DNA of 64,000 nucleotides from positions 28,770,001 to 28,834,000 of the forward strand of contig NC_086109.1 of assembly GCF_963921235.1 (NCBI RefSeq). Direction: 5' to 3'. The DNA is from Mobula hypostoma. Its lineage: Eukaryota. The notes beneath the pieces were generated by a model. That model was not told the DNA's origin. It saw only the letters and a list, made by a program, of their open reading frames with translations, and searched no databases. The position numbers and the translations under genes are program-made. Every line of letters begins with the position of its first letter. The first letter of the stretch is position 1. Shown here one piece after another: positions 1 to 13,500 of this stretch.

Positions 1-99
1 GGGAAAGGGGGAAACATCTTGATACAGGGTTTCAGGTCAAAATGCTAACCATTCCTTTCCCCTGAGAGATTCTAGTAAACCCGTTGAGTTCCTCTCGTG

Positions 100-179
100 C
101 AGGGGTCCCAAACTTGGGGTCTGTGGACCCCTGCTTAATAGTATTGGTCCATAGCATGAAAAAGGTTGGGAACCCCTTG
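100..179. mobile_element. hAT/Charlie-like miniature inverted-repeat element (~80 bp)
   Basis: Terminal inverted repeats CAGGGGTCCCAAACTT ... AGGTTGGGAACCCCTTG; both flanking 8-mers begin CTCT (decayed 8-bp TSD). Confidence 0.7.
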
Positions 180-804
180 CTCTAAAAGATTGTTCATTGC
201 TGCTAATACAAAGATGCTTTGCTAGAGAGTTCAAGACGTGCATCTTTTACTATTTAAGTACCTTCCCCTTAGTATTTCACAATTCATGTTTGCACCTCAT
301 TTCACCTTACAACTGATATACCCTGCAAAGCCTTGTAATTTGCTCAACTTTGAGCCATCTGCCTGAACTAACCCCTTGTCATTGTCTGCCTGGTGCGCAC
401 TCCTCATAATCAACAGCCCTACACTTCTAAAATTATATATTCATTTACTTTTCTTTATCTTTCATCAAGTACCCAATCATTATATCAAATGTGTTGTCAT
501 CTGTTCTCCTCATCATCAACACACTCATCACCTCTTCGCCCTATATCCTTCTCCCCAGCATACATCACCTCTGATCAACTCCCCGAATTCTCCCCCCCCC
601 CACTGTACTCCCACACCTGTAGATGCAGCCCCTTCCCCACATGCACCTTTGCTACTCCCCTCTCCACTGATCCAGGAGAAAAGAAGGAAGGAAGGGACTA
701 ATCACAAACATGAAAAATTCTGCAGCGCTGGAAATCCAATCAACACACACAAACAATGCTGGAGGAACTCAGCTGGCCAGGCAGCATCTATGGAAAAGAG
801 AAAA

Positions 805-841
805 CAATCGACCTTTCGGTCCAAGACCCTTCATCAGGACC
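805..841 (-). ncRNA. Minimal type I hammerhead ribozyme motif in Penelope terminus (one change next to GAAA)
   Basis: Minus strand reads GTC CTGATGA AGGGTCTTGGACC GAAAG GTC GATTG. Confidence 0.6.
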
Positions 842-2059
842 AGAGAAAAAGATGACAAGTCAGAGTAAGAAGGTGGGGAGAGGGGAGGAAGAAATACAAG
901 GTAGTCGGTGATAGGTGAAACTGGGGGAGCGAGAGAAGTGAACTAAAGAACTGGGAAGTCGATTGCTGAAAGAGATAAAGAGCTGGAGAAGGGGGAGGAC
1001 AGAAGGCCATGGAAGAAAGGGAAGGGGTAGGAGCACCAGAGAGAGGTGATGGGTAAGTAAGGAGATGAGGTAAGAGAGGGAAATGGAAATGGGTAATGGT
1101 GAAGGAAAGGAGGGGCGCATTACCAGATGTTCGAGAAATCGATGTTCATGCCACCAGGTTGGAGGCGCTCAGTTCTTCCATCTCCGTTGCATCTGCTTTC
1201 AGGATGAGGCTTTTCATTACTGAACTAAGGAGCTGTCCTCCTTCTTCAAAGAAACAATTTTCCCTTCCTCCACCATTAATGCTGCTCTCACTTGCATCTC
1301 TTCCACTTTGCTCACATTTGCCCTCACCCCATCCTCCCAGCACCCCCAAAGGGATAAGCCTCCTCTCGTCCTCACCACCCACCACCCTCAGTATCCAGCA
1401 CATAATACACCATAACTTCTGCCATCTCAAATGGGATCCCACCACCAAGCACATCTTTCCCTCTCCCCTACTTTCTGCTTTTCTTAGGGAATCACTCCCT
1501 ACGTGACTCCCTTGTCTATTCAACCTTCCACACTGACCTCCCTCCTGGCACTTATTCTTGCAAGCAGAACAAGTGCTACACCTGTCCCTACACCTCCTCC
1601 CTCACTACCATTCGGGGCCCCAAGCAGTCCTTCCAGGTGAGGCAACACTTCACCTGTGAGTCTGTTGGAGTCATTTACTGTATCCGATGTTTCCAGTGTG
1701 GTCTCTTGTATATCGGTGAGACCTGACATAGATTGGGAAGCTGTTTCTCTGAGCACCAATGCTCCATCTTCCAGAAAAAGCAGGATCTCCCAATGACCAC
1801 CCATTTTAATTCTACTCCCTATTTCCATTCCGTCATGTCAGTCCATGGCTTCCTCTTCAGCTGTGATGAGGCCACTCTTAGGCTTGCTCTTGTATCTGAT
1901 TCCCCCTTCTGCAGTCCTTTATCTCTTTCACTAATTGACTTCCCAGCTCTTTACTTCACCCCGCTCCCTCTCCCGGTTTCACCTATCATCTGCTACCTTG
2001 TATTTCTTCCCCCCTCCCCTCCCCCAGCTTTCTTACTCTGACTTCTCACTTTTTTTCTC

Positions 2060-2097
2060 CAGTCCTGATGAAGGATCTCTGCCTGAAACATCGACTG
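2060..2097 (+). ncRNA. Minimal type I hammerhead ribozyme motif in Penelope terminus
   Basis: CAGTC CTGATGA AGGATCTCTGCCT GAAAC ATC GACTG; stem I is CAGTC/GACTG. Confidence 0.65.
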
Positions 2098-2411
2098 TTG
2101 ATTCTTTTCCAAGGAAGGAACTAAGTGGTTAAATATGAAAGAGAGAGAGAGAGGATAGGGGAATAAGGATTAGAGGCAGACAAAGAGGAAGTGGGAAGAA
2201 GATAGTGAGTGTGAGGTGAGAACTGAAATGCAGAGTTTCAGAATGAGGAAGAACAGAGTAGGGATAGTCAAAATGAAGGGTAGGTAAAAGAATGGGAAAT
2301 GATAAGGAGACAGAGAACAACAAACCTCTGCACCCCTCATAAATCTTTCTGACAAGTCCTCCTATTTCTGACACCTGGCCCCCCCTTTCAATTACAATTC
2401 CCAATCCAAAG

Positions 2412-3440
2412 CATTTTCTGGTTGGCTGCCAGTGACTAGTGGTGTGCCATAGGGGCAGTGCTGGGACTGCTTCTTTTCACATTGTATGTCACTGATTTGG
2501 ATGTTAAAGAAGTAATGGCTTTGTGGCCAGATTTATGGACAATATGAAGATAGGTGCAGGTTCGGGCAGTGTTGAGGAAGCAGGGTGTCTGCAGAAGTTT
2601 AGACAGATTTGGAGAAGAGGCAAAGAAATGGCATGTGGAATAGAAAATATAGTGAAAGGAAGTAAATTGCCTTGCACGTTGGTAGAAGGAATGCACTTTG
2701 GCATGGACTGTTTTCTAAATGGGTAGAAAATTCAAAAATCAGAAGTGCAAAGGGAGTCCACGTACAGGTTTCCTTAAAGGTTAACTTGCAGGTTGAGTTG
2801 CTGGTAAGGAAGGAAAATGCAATATTAGCATTCATTTTGAGAGGACTAGAATACTAAAGCAAGGATGAAATGCTAAGGCTTTATAAGGCATTGGTCAGAC
2901 CACACAGGGAGCATTGTGAGCAGTTTTGGGCCCCTTATCTAAGAAAAGGTGTGCTGGCATTGGAGAAGGTCCAGAGGAGATTCACAAGAATGAACCCGGG
3001 AATGAAAAAGATAACATATGAGGAGTATTTGATGCCTCTAGGCCTGTACTTGCTGGATTTAGAAGAATGAGGGGGGAGCTCATTGGAAACCTATCAAATA
3101 TTGAAACCCGCAATAGAGTGGATGTTTCCTGTAGTGGAGGAGTCTAGGACTGGAGTGCACAGCCTCAGTTAGAGAAACATCCATTTAGAACAGAGATGAG
3201 GAAAAATTTCATCAGTTAAAGGGTGATAAATCTTTGGATTTCATTTCCACATATGGTTGTGCAGGCCAAATCATTGGGTATATTTAAGGAGGAGGTTGAT
3301 AGTTTTCAAGGTGTCAAAGGTTACTGGAAGAATGAGGTTGGGGGCAATAATAAATCAGCCATGATGGAATGGTGGAACAGTCAATAGGCAAAATGGCCTA
3401 ATTCTGCTCATATGTCATTTGGTCCTATTGTCTTAAGGTC
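2412..3440 (+). mobile_element. CR1 LINE 3' fragment, decayed
   Basis: LYKALVRPHREHCEQFWAPYLRK...LEKVQRRFTRM and a CR1 3' UTR; multiple stops and frameshifts. Confidence 0.9.
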
Positions 3441-4371
3441 AAGAAATTTTCCTTATTGTAGATCACTGTTATGATAATGTGTTGTGAAGGGTGAAGAAGA
3501 AAGACAGATGCTTGATTCCCAATAAGCAATTAAAACGCAAGCTCTTCAAAAAGCTATATAATTTTTTCTCCAACATTTTTCTTAATTCAATGCAAGGTTG
3601 AGATAGTGATCTGTTTTCATGAGACCAAAAAATTTCATTTCATCATAGTGTGGCAAATAGGGAAAGTGTTTTGTTAATAGGTTTCATTATGCCAGTTGAA
3701 ACCAAAGTACAATAACAGATGGAAGCAGTCGAGTCATGAAAGGAATTACATACATAAACTTAACAATAACATATTAGCCATAGTAATGAGAGAACAGACG
3801 TTAAAAGAATGAATAGGACCGGTGAACAACATCAGTAAACATTTAAGCTACTTTCCATCTAATAAAATTTTTATTAAATAAACCATTTTAGTTTGTATAT
3901 CATTTTTGATTAAGAAACAAGTATGAGTGGAATTTACTTGGTATGGTAACAATCCCCATTGTGGAGCATGGGTGAGCAAGAACTATGAGGGGCTAAAGAG
4001 AACAACAGTTGAGTTATGAAAATTGCTGATTTCTGCTTGAGTATCAACATGTCTGCAAAATAATCACATTAACCTTATCTCTCATTTCGACCTGATGTTG
4101 TGCCTCACTCACTTTTGGATCCATGTTTAATTATGCATTCAAACAGTAAGCTCCATTGAGACAAATATGTGAGTGAGGGAGTAATTATCCGAGGGAAGAG
4201 AAAGATAGAATCATAGTTTTAGGACAACACAATTTAAGACTGCACACTATATGCTCATCTGCAATCAGATCAAATAGCAGGGAAAAAAGAGAACGTGTCT
4301 TTTGGACCACTCGCCAAAAATAAATTCATAAAAATATGTGACTGTTAAAAGTATGTAGTGTAGGTACTTAC

Positions 4372-4467
4372 TAAAGAAATCTCCTTCAGGTCCTTGCATT
4401 TCTTCCTCATCCCTAAGGACGACTCATTTGATTTAGTCACTTCTCAGTCAGCTAAGATTCCCGTCTG
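4372..4467 (-). other. Candidate exon (96 nt) of an unidentified transcript
   Basis: Minus-strand acceptor TATTCTCTTCAG|CAG and donor TTA|GTAAGT in non-repetitive DNA. All three frames contain a stop, so it could only be UTR, start-containing or non-coding. Confidence 0.3.
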
Positions 4468-7400
4468 CTGAAGAGAATATTTCTCACCTCTAACCTATTC
4501 ATTCCCATGCCTTTTCTTTTTGTTGTATGACATGCAAATTTATGTTTGAAAATAGAACAGTCTTCACTTCTCCCTCATTATTGATGAAAGTCTGATTCAT
4601 CCTCGTATAAGGTAGAGCACAATTGGATGATTCATAGCCAGTGCAAAGCACTAATACTGCCTGAGGGAATTGTATCTCTTCATCTATATCCAGGGAATCC
4701 CACACCTACCTATTCGCCATCTTCATAATTATGGTATGAGACACAACTCACTTGGACACATGAACAGCATACTAATAAGGAAACTTATGAAATTTTGAGG
4801 AGTACTGTCTTATGAAATCAAAGAACATGCATGTGAAATTCATTAATATCACTGATATACCATGGTGGAATTTCAGATATGCAACGACAATTTAAAATGT
4901 CTTTTTGTCAGTGAATGGAAACCACTGTGGTTAGTTATTTTATGTAACCTAACTCCTGATTAAAGCAGCAAGTACAATAGTGCTGTACTGTTGTTCTTTG
5001 ATACACTGCATATACTGTGAGTATCATTTTCACAGGATGAAAAGTTCTGATTTATAACCAAATATAACTCATGTTCTCCTCTACATCCTGTGGCTATTGT
5101 GCCTGCAAATAGGAGACTTGTAATATTTTAGACTCTTGTAAGTGCTTATTGTATTTTCAGAACCTTCTCTAGTTGGAGATCATGATACTTCCAAAAAGCA
5201 ATACATATGTACATGAATTAGCATTCATGGAAATGACAAGTGGGAATCAGTAAAAGTAAATGTAGCTGTTGTAGGATTCGATGTTTCTTGGGCAAGGTTT
5301 AGAATTTTACAGAAAGTATACAGTTAATAGCAGATTCAAACAATTCCTGTGATCATAAAAACACTAATTTAAAAGCAAATTGGAAATAAGTGTGAATTAT
5401 AGCTGAATACCAATTTCACTATGAATGCTTTGGTTTTCCTGGGTGGAACCAACTGCTTTTTAGGAAAGCAATTTTAGGGGAAAATTTGCTGTGTGTGCAT
5501 GTTAAAGAATGATAGCATTCTCAGTTTAGAGTTCAAAGGCTTCTATTAGTCTGATAATTAGTCAGGGAGAAAACAATGTTCAATTGCGAAACTTCCTCCT
5601 CTGTTGGTTTATATTGCTTCAATGGTTTGTTCTTTACATCTCATATTGACAATAATTATGGCTGCACCAATTTTGCACATGTATTACCAAAGCAGTAAGT
5701 ATGCAGCAGCAGACAGATTATCCATGCTTTGTCTTTACAATGGACATGTAATTGAGCAGAGTGTAAAACAGCACAGGTACAAAAGAAGGACAGTCTGTTT
5801 CCTGGCACCCATTTCCTAATCAAGACAAAAGCTGAACTGCCATTGTTTCATTATAATTTCTATTTGACTGAATTGTCCTTGCCCGCCCCAGAGAATACAA
5901 TAATTTTGTTTTTGTTCTAATATGTGTTAACCACACCTCCTCAAATTGTTTTGAGATGTCTAACAGAATTTATGTTTTGCTGATATGAAATGTGTTTTGT
6001 TTTGTAAGGATGTTTCCAATATACTGCATCCTGACAAACTATGTGCTTATTTACAAAGGCTAAGGGTGAGGATTCCCCCACCTCACTCATCTGCATTGAG
6101 AAAGAATCGGGATTCAATTACATAAAGTGCATCGTGTATGAGCTCAAGGCCTTTTTGAGTTTATTTGTCTAGAGGAAAATGCTCTCCGGGCACGAGTAAT
6201 AGTGGCATTTAGAAGGTAAATGGTGAACCTTCTTCCCAAACTGCTGCAATCTTTGTGGTGATGGTGTATTGATGTTGCCACCTGGGGAATTCTGGGATAT
6301 TGATCCAGCTGTAATGAAGAAATGGCAGAATATGCTCATGCTAGGTGTCTGAGAAGTAACTCTGGAGGTAACAATATTTCAAAGGAATTGTTAACTTTGC
6401 CCTTCTTGGTTGCAGAGGATGAAGTGTGACCTTAATGGCAGTTGAGAATGGCAATTTGCGCAAGTAACATTGATCCAGTGGGGTTGTTCTAATGTGGAAG
6501 CTATTGATCTGCTGATTGTCCACTTAAAACTTTTCTACCTAATACTAAGGACCTAGGAACTCAGTGGAAAGACTCTAACACTAATGATAATTCCACCCTT
6601 CTCTATCTTATGAAAGCAGGCTGGTTAAATCATCAATATTGCTTTTTCTGTGATGAACCTGCCTGGATCAAAAACAAGCAAATCTTTCATAACACAATGT
6701 CTCAATTTTAATCCTCCGTAAACAATTGTAGCAACTCAGATTGATGCAAACCTTAAAGGGACAATGATCATTATTGTACAATGCCAGCCAGAGTTTATCA
6801 TTGGATAGATTGTAAATGTGTGACTTGTTTATGCAAAATGTTTTCCTCAAGTGCTTTGGCAAACTCCATAATTCACCAGCAGCTGAATAAAATACCTTTA
6901 TTATAATTCTTAACATAGCATAGGTGCACTGCACAGCATATTCAATGGTGGCAGTTGTGTCTTCATGAGATACAGATCTCCGGCAAAAAAAAACGTCTAT
7001 GCAACATTTTGTATGGTAAGGCTTAATTATTCAAGAAAGAGGATGTGGTCTTATAACTACCTTCCAAGAAATACTACTGCGGCAAGCCTCGTGTTCTTTT
7101 CAGATATTCAATGGCATTTAACCTTCCACATCACAAAATAACGTATGCAGATCTGTTTGCAATATACCAGTATCTATTCATTACTCCCACAGCAGGGAGT
7201 TAGGCACATTATTGAAAAACAGAAGGCCTTGACCTATAATTATTTTCCCTTTTTGCTGTGAATATATATCAGATCTCAGTTCTGGACAATAAGCATTGAC
7301 TGCAGATGTGGTCTTGAATTTCCTAACCCAGAAATAGAATGTTTTGAGTACTTTTCTTAATTGCCTTAAATAACTTAATGTTGTTCAAGTCTCTCATTCC

Positions 7401-7754
7401 TAGCCAGTAACAAAGCCAAAGTACTGACCATTTTGAACATCTCAGGACTCTGAGCTAAAGGCTTTGTATCTTTCAATTTATGAAGAAAGAAAATGTTTGT
7501 ATTTTGGTCAGTAAGATCACAACATCACCAATTTTCATTATGTTATCAATCTATCTAATATATTTCTATTTATTTTCACAGCATGTGAATCCAGAGAGTT
7601 AAGTGTCTAGAAATAAGATCAATGATCTGCAACACTCCCACACCTCCCATCCACCCCCCACACCTCCTCTCACTCTTCCTCTTCCTATAGTGTCCTTGTA
7701 AATTAGCTCTAGGCCTGACTAGCCCATCAGCTTGACCTTCACCACCATCTCCCT

Positions 7755-8753
7755 CTTCTTCTTCAGTTGTCCATCGAAATCCAGTGATGACGTCCATTCC
7801 CTTAACGGTGAGATCTTTGGTGACTGTACAGTCCTATCCTGGACCCACAAGCTTTATTGCAGGTGGGACATGTATATGTAGTAGTGGTGGTGGTAGTGGT
7901 GGCAACCATGGCTGCATTTCTCCTGGCTCTCTTCTGCTGTCTTCTGGGTGTTCTTTTCACCTCCAGAATACGAACCCCGTCCCTACACAGCTGTCGCCAA
8001 GTGGTACGGTCAGCAGCAACATCCTCCAGGTCCTCGGGTCTGATCTTGCACTTCCTTAAAGCATTCTTCATCTGATTCTTATAGCACTTCTTTGGCCTTC
8101 CAGCTGAGCGTCGACGATGATGTAGCTGGCCATATAACACCCTGTGGGGTAGCCGACATGGGGGCATTCTTATCACGTGCCCCAGCCACTGCAGCTGACG
8201 CTGGGTGAGCATGGCCTCAATACTCTTGCAGTTGGTCTTTACAAGTATTTCAATGTGAGGCACCCGCTCACGCCAGGTAATTCCCAGGATGTGCTGGAGG
8301 CAGCTTATGTGGAAGCGCTTCAAGGACTTGATGTGACGGCTGTAGGTTACCCAAGCTTCACAGCTAGAAAGGAGGGTGGTGACACAGACTGCTTGGTATA
8401 CGGTGACCTTTGTGGAGGGACAAAGGCTCCTGTTCTGAAAGACTTTACGCCGAAGTCTCCCAAAGGCAGCTGATGCCTGTTTAATGCGGCTCTGGATGTC
8501 ATTGTCAATGCTGCTATCCTCAGAGAGAATGCTCCCCAGATATTTGAAAGATGGTTCTACTGACAGCTTTTCATCACCAACAGTGAAGGCAGATAGAGTG
8601 GGTGGGACACTGGTACTCCATTGGCAAACCACTTCTGTCTTGGTGGTATTGACAGTCAACCCCATCCTGCTGTACACTCTCACCGCCACAGCAAGGACAG
8701 TCTGAAGATCCTCTGGAGTATGGGCCACAAGAGGACAGTTGTCTGAACAGTCG
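7755..8753 (-). mobile_element. RTE-clade LINE, 5'-truncated (RT C-terminus plus zinc finger)
   Basis: ORF 7802-8758 has GLTVNTTKTEV, FKYLGS, WLGHVIRM, CPTCNKACGSRIGLYSH; (GAA)n tail; TSD ACCATCTCCCT at 7744-7754 and 8754-8764. Confidence 0.95.
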
Positions 8754-10257
8754 ACCATCTCCCTACTGACCTCCCAACACTCATCGCCATTCTAATTCTG
8801 GATCATCTGCCCAGCCCTTCTGTTATATCTTTCAATGATGACTCCGGCCACCCTCCCAGATCCCAATCACCCTGAATTCACCCTCTGACCGCTTGACCAC
8901 ACTTCCTTATGACCCCTAACCCACTTTCCTGAAGCATCTGATGTTTTGAGCACAGTTTGCAACAACAGAGTATGTAAGCGATAACATTTTCACTGTGCAG
9001 GTGTCTTCAATAATGCCTAGTTGGCCATTGGTCTAGCTCATTATGACTTTTGCTGCAGCAGATCCTCAAGTTGACTTGCCTCATTAGAGCACCAGATCTG
9101 GAGAAACTTATTTCTGGGATGGAAAACATTCTACTGGCAATCATGCTCGTTGCATCGTTTTTACATGCAACAACAGTTCATTGGCTAACAACTGGGAGCA
9201 AATATTTCTTATATCTTCCTCATTGCCTTGCAAGATTAGGACCACATCCTTTCCCTTGAATTACCGCAGTTTTTTTTCCGGTATTGATACTGAATCATGT
9301 TATGCAACTAAGATCAGAGAATGATAATGTAAACTTAAGGCTCCTGTATGACTTGGCATTGATAAATTCAGCAGCTAAAAGACAACCTATTATTACAGAC
9401 ATGTAGCAGTGGAGGCTGATACAATGTTTGAGTGAAGCTTGTTATTTACTGTATATACAAATCAAATAATACATTCCCTGTCCAAAACTCATGCCAAAGT
9501 TATTTACCTTAATATTTAATACCTCTTTTTAAATGATAGGTAATATCTGAGCCAGCACAGTCGGCGGTTTCAATATGAATTGGAAGTGTACAACCCATTA
9601 CAGCAAAAGCTTAGTCATCTGGTACCTCATTACTAACACCCTGGTGTGTAGTCTAGCTGGCCTGGTCAATAGAGGACAATGCAGAAAGAGATCAAGGTCT
9701 GGCTGAGGCAGTGTCCAGAATGACTTTGGGGCCGTATCAAGAGTGTTCCCTAGCTGACACAGGGCCGTGAGGTGTGAGTACCTAGGCTGGCATAAGGGCA
9801 ATGCTGAGGGAGTGTACTAGTCAACGATGAAGCAAAATTGTGTGAGTGCCTAGGCTAACATCAGAGCACCCTGCTGACATCGGAGCAGTGCTGAAAGGAT
9901 GTCCTGACAAACCCTGCTGCTGCACGATGCCAGTGGCCAATGTATCCGTGGCTACCGTAGAATACAGTCTTTCTGTAATTTTTAGTATTATTGGCTGTGA
10001 GAAAACTTAACCCCTGACTAACTATTTGACAAACTAGTACACTCACTTCATCTTGGAAGTCAGGTAATAATGATTAACTTGTGCGTACAGAAGCAAAATA
10101 TTATATTTTCAAGGCCGACCTTCAAAATATGTATGTAGTTTTTATGCATAATTGAGAAGCCCTGCGCCTGTTTTGAAGGAAATGATACATTGTGAGCTTC
10201 CTATGACCAGCAGTGCCAATGAAAACTAATATATATGATGCAGTCTAAGTGCCCCTA

Positions 10258-10530
10258 TGGAGGTGGCACAGTGATTAACTTACTGTGTCATTAATCCAGA
10301 GACCTGAGTTCAAATCCCACCCATGACAGCAATAGAATTTAACTTCCGTTAACAATCCAAAGAAAAATGATAATTAGTAATAATGACTGCAGACCAATCT
10401 ATCTGCTTAACTTATGAAAATCTGCCATCCTTATTATGAACCAACCAATTTAGTTGAGTCTTTCGACTCAGTTGGAAGGAATTTGTAATTGGCCTTTCCA
10501 GTCATGTCCTCGTCATGAGAAATGAATAAA
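10258..10530 (+). mobile_element. Old tRNA-derived SINE
   Basis: Box A-like TGGCACAGTG and box B GAGTTCAAATCCC; ends in ATGAATAAAA. Confidence 0.6.
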
Positions 10531-10559
10531 AGTAAACTGCTTCTCAAGTTGCCAAGCAA

Positions 10560-13500
10560 AAAGCAGATTAGTCAAAATAAGAGTTATTTGAATATTTGGA
10601 AATTCAAAAATGGGATCTGAAACAAATTTGGTAACAAGAAGCAGAGGATGATAGTCGAGGATTGTTTAAGTGATTTGCAGATTTTGACTATTGGTGTATC
10701 ACACGGATTGGTTCTGAGACCCATGGTGTTTGCTTTTCTCCTTAATGACCTGGATGTGATGGTAGAAGGCCTGATTAACAGATTTTCAGATGACATGAAA
10801 ACTGATAGTATCATTGACATTGAAAAGGATGAGTTTTTATCTTTAGAGCATTTTGGTGAATTGGTAAAATTGACACGAGATGGACTTTCAAGAAAATGGA
10901 CACATAGAAACATAGAAACATAGAAAATAGGTGCAGGAGTAGGCCATTCGGCCCTTCAAGCCTGCACCGCCATTTATTATGATCATGGCTGATCATCCAA
11001 CTCAGAACCCCGCCCCAGCCTTCCCTCAATACCCCCTGACCCCCGTAGCCACAAGGGCCATATCTAACTCCCTCTTAAATATAGCCAATGAACTGGCCTC
11101 AACTGTTTCCTGTGGCAGAGAATTCCACAGATTCACCACTCTCTGTGTGAAGAAGTTTTTCCAAATCTCGGTCCTAAAAGGCTTCCCCTCTATCCTCAAA
11201 CTGTGGCCCCTCGTTCTGGACTTCCCCAACATCGGGAACAATCTTCCTGCATCTAGCTTGTCCAATCCCTTTAGGATTTTATACGTTTCAATCAGATCCC
11301 CCCTCAATCTTCTAAATTCCAACGAGTACAAGCCCAGTTCATCCAGTCTTTCTTCATATGAAAGTCCTGCCATCCCAGGAATCAATCTGGTGAACCTTCT
11401 TTGTACTCCCTCTATGGCAAGGATGTCTTTCCTCAGATTAGGGGACCAAAACTGCACACAATACTCCAGGTGTGGTCTCACCAAGGCCTTGTACAACTGC
11501 AGTAGTACCTCCCTGCTCCTGTACTCGAATCCTCTCACTATGAATGCCAGCATACCATTCGCCTTTTTCACCGCCTCCTGTACCTGCATGCCCACTTTCA
11601 ATGACTGGTGTATAATGACACCCAGGTCTCGTTGCACCTCCCCTTTTCCTAATCGGCCACCATTCAGATAATAATCTGTTTTCCTATTTTTGCCACCAAA
11701 GTGGATAACTTCACATTTACCCACATTAAATTGCATCTGCCATGAATTTGCCCACTCACCCAACCTATCCAAGTCACCCTGCATCCTCTTAGCATCCTCC
11801 TCACAGCTAACACTGCCACCCAGCTTCGTGTCATCTGCAAACTCGGAGATGCTGCATTTAATTCCCTCATCCAAGTCATTAATATATATTGTAAACAACT
11901 GGGGTCCCAGCACTGAGCCTTGCGGTACCCCACTAGTCACCGCCTGCCATTCTGAAAAGGTCCCGTTTATTCCCACTCTTTGCTTCCTGTCTGCTAACCA
12001 ATTCTCCACCCTCATCAATACCTTACCCCCAATACCGTGTGCTTTAAGTTTGCACACTAATCTCCTGTGTGGGACCTTGTCAAAAGCCTTTTGAAAATCC
12101 AAATATACCACATCCACTGGTTCTCCCCTATCCACTCTAGTAGTTACATCCTCAAAAAATTCTATGAGATTCGTCAAACATGATTTTCCTTCCACAAATC
12201 CATGCTGACTTTGTCCAATGATTTCACCGCTTTCCAAATGTGCTGTTATCACATCCTTGATAACTGACTCCAGCAGTTTCCCCACCACCAACGTTAGGCT
12301 AACCGGTCTATAATTCCCCGGTTTCTCTCTCCCTCCTTTTTTAAAAAGTGGGGTTACATTAGCCACCCTCCAATCCTCAGGAACTAGTCCAGAATCTAAC
12401 GAGTTTTGAAAAATTATCACTAATGCATCCACTATTTCTTGGGCTACTTCCTTAAGCACTCTAGGATGCAGACCATCTGGCCCTGGGGATTTATCTGCCT
12501 TCAATCCCTTCAATTTACCTAACACCACTTCCCTACTAACATGTATTTCGCTCAGTTCCTCCATCTCACTGGACCCTCTGTCCCCTACTATTTCTGGAAG
12601 ATTATTTATGTCCTCCTTAGTGAAGACAGAACCAACGTAATTATTCAATTGGTCTGCCATGTCCTTGCTCCCCATAATCAATTCACCTGTTTCTGTCTGT
12701 AGGGGACCTACATTTGTCTTTACCAGTCTTTTCCTTTTTACATATCTATAAAAGCTTTTACAGTCAGTTTTTATGTTCCCTGCCAGTTTTCTCTCATAAT
12801 CTTCTTTCCCCTTCCTAATTAAGCCCTTTGTCCTCCTCTGCTGAACTCTGAATTTCTCCCAGTCCTCAGGTGAGCCTCTGGCTAATTTGTATGCTTCTTC
12901 TTTGGAATTGATACTATTCCTAATTTTTCTTGTCAGCCACGGGTGCACTACCTTCCTCGATTTATTCTTTTGCCAAACTGGGATGAACAATTGTTGTAGT
13001 TCATCCATGCAACCTTTAAATGCTTGCCATTGCATAACCACCGTCAATCCTTTAAGTGTCATTTGCCAGTCTATCTTAGCTAATTCACGTCTCATACCTT
13101 CAAAGTTACCCCTCTTTATGTTCAGAACCTTTGTTTCTGAATTAACTATGTCACTCTCAATCAACTATGACACGAGATGGAATTTCACAAAAAATTTCAG
13201 GACTAGCTCATAAGAAGGCATAAGGAATATCTATTTTTATTAGTTGGGACATAAAATGTTGAGAGGCTATGGTACAAAACGTTGGTTAAGGCGCAGCTAG
13301 GCTACCTGTGAATTTCCGTTCATTACAGGAAGGATATGATCACTAGGAGGTTCACCATGACATAGCCGAGGATAAAATGATTCAGTTTTGAAGAAAATCT
13401 GGATAGACTGAGTCCATTTTTTTTTGGAGAGGAGAAAACTGTGGGGTACCTGACTGAACTGTGCAAAAATTATGAGAGACAGAGATAGAGCAGACAAAGT

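Larger units (their letters stand above)
702..2110 (+). mobile_element. Penelope-like element, 5'-truncated, with inverted terminal copy
   Basis: 1168-2110 (+) encodes a decayed RT C-terminus and GIY-YIG endonuclease (GVIYCIRC..CGLLYIGET...EH...HFNS) followed by the pLTR. 702-1165 is an inverted copy of the 3' end. Flanked by a 13/14 TSD AAGGAAGG(G/A)ACTAA at 688-701 and 2111-2124. Confidence 0.88.

Noticed and set aside
376..855. 159-aa Pro/His-rich ORF
   Set aside because: Low-complexity sequence running into a Penelope terminus, with a non-ATG start.
4499..4705. 68-aa minus-strand ORF (WDSLDIDEEIQFPQ...) in unique DNA
   Set aside because: GTG start, weak acceptor context and no recognisable motif; an ORF of this length is expected by chance.
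10258..10330. tRNA gene
   Set aside because: Only decayed A and B boxes; no cloverleaf or terminator, and it continues into a SINE body.
10979..12094. Long ORFs antisense to CR1 (230 aa, 134 aa; repeated at 18457-18861 and 24756-25160)
   Set aside because: They are shadow frames on the opposite strand of CR1 ORF2 and recur only because the element does.
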